NCBI GenBank assembly: GCA_024407875.1
Contig: JAKSVT010000007.1
Location: forward strand, 1,392 to 65,391
Source: Alphaproteobacteria bacterium
GTDB lineage: Bacteria > Pseudomonadota > Alphaproteobacteria > CAAGCB01 > CAG-977
Length of the DNA: 64,000 nt
Reading direction: 5' to 3'
Shown: positions 58,401 through 64,000 of the stretch, in pieces
Position numbering within the stretch: the first letter of the stretch is position 1
How the letters are laid out: every line of letters starts with the position of its first letter
Position numbers and translations under genes: made by a program
The notes under the pieces: model-generated
Told to the model about the DNA's origin: nothing
Database searches by the model: none
Seen by the model: the letters and a program-made list of their open reading frames with translations, nothing else

Positions 58401-59802
58401 TATGGGAGACTTACGTTATTTGAAAGGCTATGATCCTAAGGAATTTAGTAAAACTTTAGGGGATTTGTTTAAGTTCGCTCACCAAATTATGAATGCACAA
58501 AAGTCAAAAACAGACAAAAATAATGAAAAAGATAAACAACAACAAATTTCACAATTGTTTACTAAGGAATTCCAACATTACAAAAAATCTTTAGAGGTTT
58601 TTGAAGGATATTTGGATGATTATATTCGTTATTGGGGTGGATATTCTGATCGCGTATATGTTCCAGCAAAAGATTGGCATGAATTTAAGGTTCGTTTGAA
58701 GGTATTAAAAGCTTATAAGATTAACTCGTTATTACAACAAGTTTATTCTCAATGCTTAACTATTTTGAAATCAGTAGATGAATCTTTGATTTCAGATCAC
58801 TTGAAGCAAAAGAAGAAAGCTTTATTAGATTTGTTAAGTGATAAAATTAGTATCATGACACCTTTGTTTACAGATGCTGGTGAAAAGACTTTGTTAGGAT
58901 GGTCTGAATTACCAAACAGTTCTGAACAAGCTTGGGAGCAAATTTCTTCAACTTCAGATGCTACATTAAAAGAAACGTTGTTTAACGTATATTCAAAGAC
59001 ACCTCGTAGTAAGATTTCTTGGTGGAATGAATTTATTGATAATGGTATTGCTCTTTTAAAACATGAAAATGAGAAACGTATTGAAAATAATTATGTAGAT
59101 TTAATTAAGTCTATGAATATGTTCCCATTATGTAAGAATTGTCAAACAAAGGGTGTTATTAACGTTAATGATATGAAGAAATTAACTACATTACTTTCTT
59201 CTAGTGTTTCTGTTCCAAAAGCAAAAGAAGACGAAGAAAGCGGTAATGATAGTAAAGAAGAGTTGTTTGATAGAAAACTTAACTTGTTTAAAGATTTGAA
59301 GACAATTGATTGGGCAAAAGAAATCTTAACAGTTGCAAAGCAATTACAAAATACCAAAAAGCCTTTGTCTTGGACTTTGTATCAAGCAGGTGTTGAAAAT
59401 CAAACAGGTTTATTAGAAGAAAATGAACTCTCTGCAATTAACAGATTCCGTTATGTTGAAGTTGTAACTGGTAAAAAGACTAAACGTTATAGCACAGCTG
59501 CAATGAAAGATAGTGCAATCGGTAGAGGTAAAGCTGAAGATAAGTTGATTATTAACTTCTATAAATATTCAACAGATACTAAACCTGAGATTTCTTTGAG
59601 ATATAACACCACTTGGGCTATCTTTAAGATCTATTTGGCTAATGGTGCTATTTCTGATCCTGCTGAAGATAAAGTTTATATTCCTTTGAATATTGTTGAT
59701 AAAGACGGCACAAAGTATAAGTATTTTGTAACTGTTAAATTTAACAATGAAATCTTAAAAGCGGATGAATGGCCAACCAAGAAGAATTGGAATAAAAAAT
59801 AG
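55426..59802 (+). CDS. tssM: Type VI secretion membrane protein TssM (IcmF family), 1458 aa
   Basis: N-terminal TM helix, Walker A GEPMSGKST, a later TM segment (YVACFCMLLIGGLWAF), and a large C-terminal periplasmic domain. Start overlaps the tssL stop. Confidence 0.9.
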   Translation: MDKSLAAVKNVKTPDLSSIPTWMYWVIGILVAVVLIFLVVLPFLRKIRRKQIKVKETTEIKKDLMIWHHLAQLVRGGSAHQKAKKVLSDQIANIDIAFEKGMKMLSDHNRNVNNQPCYLIVGEPMSGKSTLLRNSEQELVVSKEEERDEESNKGEALRLWMGAKSLTYDIGGHIFFDRWMEGSSAEWSYIAKIISKKRRKKPLDGVILTIPADALLADDDGLTQQKAVLMSTELGQLLHTLGMYMPCYVVVTKTDMVNGFSEYMMSIAEDLRSQIFGWVNDDPKARYDVDKFNIFWKDLLYRLRKGCAKNMISKNVTSRLTGYANKMEINGKIFVFPDNFAKMYKNISTYLKAIFGEGNYYGAGNALFEGLFFTSAVEGDFTLSPDLAMICEQKIDDMPVVHEHKMNSKPLFIKDLLQKVIFKNSVNAAFTQVKKAKLNIPKYVACFCMLLIGGLWAFRGVSKNVDFETALQPKILYLQTLTDMMKSGGVFNSPLIKKTEEGQYVLNSDPVENMDISRLHFFFEAFTERESKIVAPFGFKLASLFVFGFEKSMGYDDFAIIINQLFGFMIRTPLIKLVGDKIDSEGTNAHLTVRKKGAVASYSLLNEVRFEDFTDLFADKKAFDVSNMMYYLMPEISADTINILDAYLPQYDEKYTGTFDSTYLYTEDYSRSLKKGVSSILNSWNDLTAYPSSSFSKIRTLIKNTRLLESSYADINHRVNVMESAQSLEELTQQINSLVDLLKEQENRTETIILTYKNLLSLTDTKKIDVSKEESKSMGTEDLAVRMLLNKATDEYKNHLKTDFSFLIDNADELSSEEFTVSDIRKSLPRIRKNILIEIDAKKKEMSKGLNDFRNKPLLQWQFVEKEGASNYTYHILYDGYKYLDNLEIPTRAKLLENDFRTNWSRANRSIRDVNADFEDFMEIYSKSENLKPQLDLMKRVYDLFFALIKYSIVDTELSKLPETVSELYSYVEQKSEENQVFGFTEDLARETMGDLRYLKGYDPKEFSKTLGDLFKFAHQIMNAQKSKTDKNNEKDKQQQISQLFTKEFQHYKKSLEVFEGYLDDYIRYWGGYSDRVYVPAKDWHEFKVRLKVLKAYKINSLLQQVYSQCLTILKSVDESLISDHLKQKKKALLDLLSDKISIMTPLFTDAGEKTLLGWSELPNSSEQAWEQISSTSDATLKETLFNVYSKTPRSKISWWNEFIDNGIALLKHENEKRIENNYVDLIKSMNMFPLCKNCQTKGVINVNDMKKLTTLLSSSVSVPKAKEDEESGNDSKEELFDRKLNLFKDLKTIDWAKEILTVAKQLQNTKKPLSWTLYQAGVENQTGLLEENELSAINRFRYVEVVTGKKTKRYSTAAMKDSAIGRGKAEDKLIINFYKYSTDTKPEISLRYNTTWAIFKIYLANGAISDPAEDKVYIPLNIVDKDGTKYKYFVTVKFNNEILKADEWPTKKNWNKK

Positions 59803-59822
59803 TTCATCATTAGGCTGCTAAT

Positions 59823-62800
59823 ATGATTATTAAATTACATAGACTTAGAGGAAGATTTTTAGCATTATTATTAGTAATGCTGTCTTCCAATGTCTATGCT
59901 CAAGATTGTAGTAATTCAAACAATATTTGCGGAAAAATAGCTAATAATCCAAGTCTTATTGATAGTGGCTATGAAGTAGATACTTTTTTAAAAGTAAAAG
60001 AACTAAAAGCAAATTTAGGAAATATATATGGCGCCTTTATATATAATAACAAAATGGAAGATGTTAGTGTTAAGCCTGGCACAGGAGTGGCTTTGTTTGG
60101 ATTAAGCGCAGATGTTTCTAAATTTGAAATTGGTGCAGCAAATATTCAAGGTGGGCTTTTATATAATTCAGGTAGTCTAAATATAGTAAATGGTTTTGAT
60201 TTTATAAAAAATGAAGATAAATTTTTTATAACTTCTGCTAGATTGTTAGAAGGTGGATATTTATATAATTCAGGAAAAATAAATAACAATGCTCCTAAAT
60301 TTAAATTAAATTCTAATGTTTTATCTAATGGAGATGTTCACGGAGGATTTATTTATAATTCAGGGACAATTAATAACGTTTCTTTTGATGCAAGTGTAGC
60401 AATTACTGATAAAGTTATATTAGTTCGTGCGACAGGAAATTTATTAGGTGGTGTTGTTTATAATACGGGTACAATAACTAATGTAGGTGAAGAAACTAAA
60501 AGTGTAGTAGCACAGTCAAATACAGCTTCTGCTATAGGAGGATTTATTTATAACGAAGGTACATTAGTAATTGATTCAGATTTGATAGCCAATCAGGTTA
60601 AAGCAAATTCAGGAAGTGGTTTTGGCGGAGCTGCAGCAAATGATGTTGGTGTTCTTACATTTAAATCTAAATCATTCAAAAATAACGCTGCATATGCTAA
60701 TATAAATTCATATGGTGGTGCTATATTTAATGGTAAAGTAAGTTCTGCTAAAGTTGATAAAGGTAGAAAAATTGAATTTGATTATCAAGGTGGAGATACA
60801 ACTTTTGAAAATAATTTTGCTCAAGCTAATATAGGAGCTGCTTATGGCGGAGCTATTTTAAACAGTACAGATCCTGCTGACACTACTAAGATTTATACAG
60901 TTGATTTTAAAGGTAAAAAATATATATTTACACAGAATTATACAGAAGCTAAGGTAAATTATTCTGGAGGTGGGGCCATCTCAAATGATGGAATTATAAA
61001 CTTTAATAGTACAGGAATCTTGGAATTTACCCAAAATTATTCAATAAGTAATAATAATAAACCACAACAATCAAATAAAATTGTTGCATCAGTTACTGCT
61101 TCTGGTGGAGCTATTGATAATGATGGAAATATTAATTTTGCTTCTAGCGTTACAAATGTAAATTTTTCAAAAAATTATACTAAAGGTTATGCTGCTTTTG
61201 GTGGAGCTATGTCTTCTGATAAAAGCATAAAAAGAGGTGTGATAACAACAACCATAAGTACAATTTTTAATTTCGAAGAGAATTATGCTTCTGGTTCTGA
61301 ATTTGCCTACGGTGGCGCTATTGCAAATACAGGAACAATTAGCACTTTAAAAGGTACTTTTTCAAAAAATTATGCTGATGCAGGGAAAAAAGCCTATGGT
61401 GGCGCTATTGCAAATGTTTCAGGCTCAATAACTTTTGAAGATACAAATTTTGAATATAACTACGCAATTTCTAAAGATGTTGCGATGGGTGGTGCTATAT
61501 ATAACGAAAACGGTAACATTATTATAAAAGCAGTAGGAACAGACGTGCTTTTTAAAAATAATTATGTTGTTGGAAAAAATTCAGTTTTTGGTGGAGCTAT
61601 ATACAATAACAAAGAAATACAGTTATTACCAGCAGCTGATAAAAGTATAGGATTTTCAGTTTGGGAAGGAAGCACAGATTCATTAAAAGACAAGGGAAAA
61701 TTTACTACAAATGATATTTATAATGATGGCGTTTTGAAACTAGGCGACGCTAAAAACAGTTTTTCTGGTTCGATTAGTTTTTATACTGATGTTTTGGGAA
61801 ATGGATCTATAGAAGTAAATGGGGCAAATGTTGTTATTAATGATGTTAAATTTAATCAGAAAAATTTAACTATAAATTCAGGTTCTGTTTTAGCATCATT
61901 AAAATCTTTTAATATTTCTAATACTATTGTTAATAATGCTAGTTTATCACTAAATGGAATAGGTGTGATAAATAACATATCAGGTTCAGGAACTTTAACT
62001 CTTACACCTGAAACAAAATCAGATAAAAAAGAAGAAAACAAAATTACTATTAAAGGAAATATAGGAAACAAAATTGTTGTTAGCGGTGCTGTTGGAGGAG
62101 CTACAGATCCTGTTAATGTATATAACGAAGGAACTATTCTTAACGATTTGACGATAAAGAGTGGCTCTTTATATAATAAAAATATAATCCAGGGGAAAGT
62201 TGACATAAAGGCCAATGCTTATTTAGTTGTTAACGGTAATTCAAAAATATATGGAGATATTTTAGGTGAAGATGATTCAACGCTTGCTGTTTTAGAAAAA
62301 AATAACTTGTTTAAGAATAATCAAATAAATGTTTCTAATGCGATTTTCGATCATGCTTATGCAAAGATTGATACGAACGATTTTTTCATAAAAAATAGTT
62401 TTGTTCTTGATTCTGAACTTGATTTTATTAATAAAGAAATAACAACTTCTAAATTTGAAAATATATTTTTTCAAAACGCAAATTTTGCAATAGATGTGGA
62501 TTTAGAAGAATTAGAAATGGACCAATTTTCTATTGGTAGTTTAAGTTCTAGTTCTGTCAGCAGTCGTTTTATTATTTCTAATGTTAATTTGATGACAGAT
62601 ACAAAACAAGAATCTGTAACTATTCCTTTGTTTGTTGATACAGATCAGGCTGTTTTAAATGCTTTAAAAAACAAAGTTTCAACTAATATTAAAAAGCCTA
62701 TTTATTCAAGAATATATAAATATGATGTTTCTTTTGTAAATAATAGCACAGATTTGCTTTTTAGACGTTATAAAGGAAACAAACCTTCAGATTTTAACCC

Positions 62801-63740
62801 ATATACATATTCAAATGTGGTAACAGCGCAATCTTTAATGTCCTTACAAACAAATATTGCTAATACAGCAATGGCTGCGTTAGATACTGTAACTTTTAGT
62901 ATGAGTTCCTCTAAAATATCCGGATTAAATGGTGGAGATGAGGAAGAAAATGAACCTTTAAGATTAGGTAATAGTTGGTATAAGCTTATTGGGTTTAATG
63001 AAGATCTTAAATTTAAAGATTTTGAAAATGTAAAATCCAAAACAGGCTCAATAATTGCTGGTATAAATACTGAAGATATCGAAATCGGCGACGGAGATAT
63101 GTTGTTTGGTGCCTATGTTGGTGGTGTTTTGGGTAAGCAAAAATATACGAATAATGAAAACTCTCAAAAGGGTGCATATTTTGGTCTTAACTCTTCATTA
63201 TTCTACGATCAATTCTATATTCAATCCAACTTTACTTATGGTTTTGTAAAAACAGACAATAAGAATATGTATGGAACAGATAAAATTGATTCAACATGGT
63301 ATAATGTAACTTTAAAAACGGGGTACAATATCCCTTTGGATGTTTTTGAAAGATGGACATTACAACCAAATTTAGCATTCGGACTTACAAGAGTAAAAAC
63401 CAAGGACTATACTTCTAAATCAGGAATAAAATTTGAGCCTGGTAAAAGTAAAGCTTATAATATTGATCCTGGTGTAAAACTCTCAAGAGAAATGAGTGAA
63501 AATTGGCATTTCTTTGCAACGTATAAACGATCATATATCAAGAATAAAAGTAAAGAAACTGTAGTTGATAAAGATGTTTATTTGCCTAAGTTAGCTCTCA
63601 AGTCTTATAAAGAAATTGGGGCTGGTATAGATGTTGATTTGAATGAAGATTGGACAATGAATTTAAATGTTAACCATAGGTCCGGAGATATTGAAGGATG
63701 GAATGGCAGTTTAACATTTAACTATTATTTCTCTCTATAA
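59823..63740 (+). CDS. Autotransporter with polymorphic-membrane-protein (Pmp)-like GGA[ILV]/FxxN repeats (1305 aa)
   Basis: Signal peptide (LALLLVMLSSNVYAQD). At least 12 repeats of GGAI/GGFI-Y/F-N-x-G-x-I (for example GGAIYNENGNIIIK, GGAIANTGTIS). C-terminal ~280 aa has alternating amphipathic strands ending ...SLTFNYYFSL, consistent with a beta-barrel translocator. Only 20 nt downstream of tssM. Confidence 0.75.
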   Translation: MIIKLHRLRGRFLALLLVMLSSNVYAQDCSNSNNICGKIANNPSLIDSGYEVDTFLKVKELKANLGNIYGAFIYNNKMEDVSVKPGTGVALFGLSADVSKFEIGAANIQGGLLYNSGSLNIVNGFDFIKNEDKFFITSARLLEGGYLYNSGKINNNAPKFKLNSNVLSNGDVHGGFIYNSGTINNVSFDASVAITDKVILVRATGNLLGGVVYNTGTITNVGEETKSVVAQSNTASAIGGFIYNEGTLVIDSDLIANQVKANSGSGFGGAAANDVGVLTFKSKSFKNNAAYANINSYGGAIFNGKVSSAKVDKGRKIEFDYQGGDTTFENNFAQANIGAAYGGAILNSTDPADTTKIYTVDFKGKKYIFTQNYTEAKVNYSGGGAISNDGIINFNSTGILEFTQNYSISNNNKPQQSNKIVASVTASGGAIDNDGNINFASSVTNVNFSKNYTKGYAAFGGAMSSDKSIKRGVITTTISTIFNFEENYASGSEFAYGGAIANTGTISTLKGTFSKNYADAGKKAYGGAIANVSGSITFEDTNFEYNYAISKDVAMGGAIYNENGNIIIKAVGTDVLFKNNYVVGKNSVFGGAIYNNKEIQLLPAADKSIGFSVWEGSTDSLKDKGKFTTNDIYNDGVLKLGDAKNSFSGSISFYTDVLGNGSIEVNGANVVINDVKFNQKNLTINSGSVLASLKSFNISNTIVNNASLSLNGIGVINNISGSGTLTLTPETKSDKKEENKITIKGNIGNKIVVSGAVGGATDPVNVYNEGTILNDLTIKSGSLYNKNIIQGKVDIKANAYLVVNGNSKIYGDILGEDDSTLAVLEKNNLFKNNQINVSNAIFDHAYAKIDTNDFFIKNSFVLDSELDFINKEITTSKFENIFFQNANFAIDVDLEELEMDQFSIGSLSSSSVSSRFIISNVNLMTDTKQESVTIPLFVDTDQAVLNALKNKVSTNIKKPIYSRIYKYDVSFVNNSTDLLFRRYKGNKPSDFNPYTYSNVVTAQSLMSLQTNIANTAMAALDTVTFSMSSSKISGLNGGDEEENEPLRLGNSWYKLIGFNEDLKFKDFENVKSKTGSIIAGINTEDIEIGDGDMLFGAYVGGVLGKQKYTNNENSQKGAYFGLNSSLFYDQFYIQSNFTYGFVKTDNKNMYGTDKIDSTWYNVTLKTGYNIPLDVFERWTLQPNLAFGLTRVKTKDYTSKSGIKFEPGKSKAYNIDPGVKLSREMSENWHFFATYKRSYIKNKSKETVVDKDVYLPKLALKSYKEIGAGIDVDLNEDWTMNLNVNHRSGDIEGWNGSLTFNYYFSL

Positions 63741-63744
63741 TAAC

Positions 63745-63975
63745 TTAATGTAGTATATTAGGAACTTTTCTGAACTTATTGTTTTTTAATATTTCTTTAT
63801 TAGAAAAATCAATACCTATCAGATAAGGAAGATTTAACATTTGATATTTTAATAATTCTTTGTTTTGAAAATATAATTTTCTATAAAGTTCTTTATCGGA
63901 TTTAGGCAAGTTAACAAAAGTTTTTGCAAAATAAGAGTAAACATTCATTTGTTGAATATGTAGTAATTTATCCAT
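63745..63975 (-). CDS. Hypothetical small ORF at window edge (76 aa)
   Basis: ORF-track only. AT-rich, no recognisable features. Could be spurious. Confidence 0.15.
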   Translation of the reverse strand: MDKLLHIQQMNVYSYFAKTFVNLPKSDKELYRKLYFQNKELLKYQMLNLPYLIGIDFSNKEILKNNKFRKVPNILH

Positions 63976-64000
63976 TTTGTTAAAATAGTGATTTACTAAA

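Noticed and set aside
61856-62215. 119-aa minus-strand ORF
   Set aside because: Antisense within the Pmp-like autotransporter gene. Hydrophobic low-complexity translation with no support.
1-64000. CRISPR arrays, IS elements, integrases, tRNA/rRNA genes
   Set aside because: No direct-repeat/spacer periodicity, no transposase- or integrase-like ORFs, and no rRNA-like conserved stretches were seen. The T6SS locus is not flanked by obvious mobility genes within the window.

Overview
AT-rich (roughly 30% GC by eye) bacterial chromosomal window. The F0 ATP-synthase module is split in the alphaproteobacterial way, atpI-like/atpB/atpE/atpF'/atpF on the minus strand, pointing to an alphaproteobacterium, possibly a Rickettsiales/Holosporales-like host-associated lineage. 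The first ~36 kb is mostly housekeeping and transport: tgt, potABC, a DUF47-pit pair, hpnCDE squalene synthesis, trmFO, tldD, rlmI, tyrC/pheA, murA, hisG/hisD, yqgE, an SSF transporter and a prepilin peptidase. Interleaved are secreted eukaryote-like repeat proteins (pentapeptide, Sel1, TPR/cNMP-binding). The last ~27 kb (37.1-63.7 kb) is a type VI secretion system (T6SS-i) locus: tssA-tssB-tssC | terminator | tssE-tssF-tssG-clpV-PAAR-vgrG(gp27 half)-vgrG(gp5 half plus extension)-two unknown genes | terminator | tssJ-like-tssK-tssL-tssM, followed immediately by a 1305-aa Pmp-like (GGA[ILV]/FxxN repeat) autotransporter. Three oddities stand out in the locus: no hcp/tssD, a VgrG split into two in-frame genes by tandem TAG-TAG stops with an RBS, and a large uncharacterised C-terminal extension on the VgrG gp5 half. 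No rRNA, tRNA, CRISPR or obvious mobile elements were seen. All calls rest on reading the supplied translations for family-specific motifs; no database searches were run.
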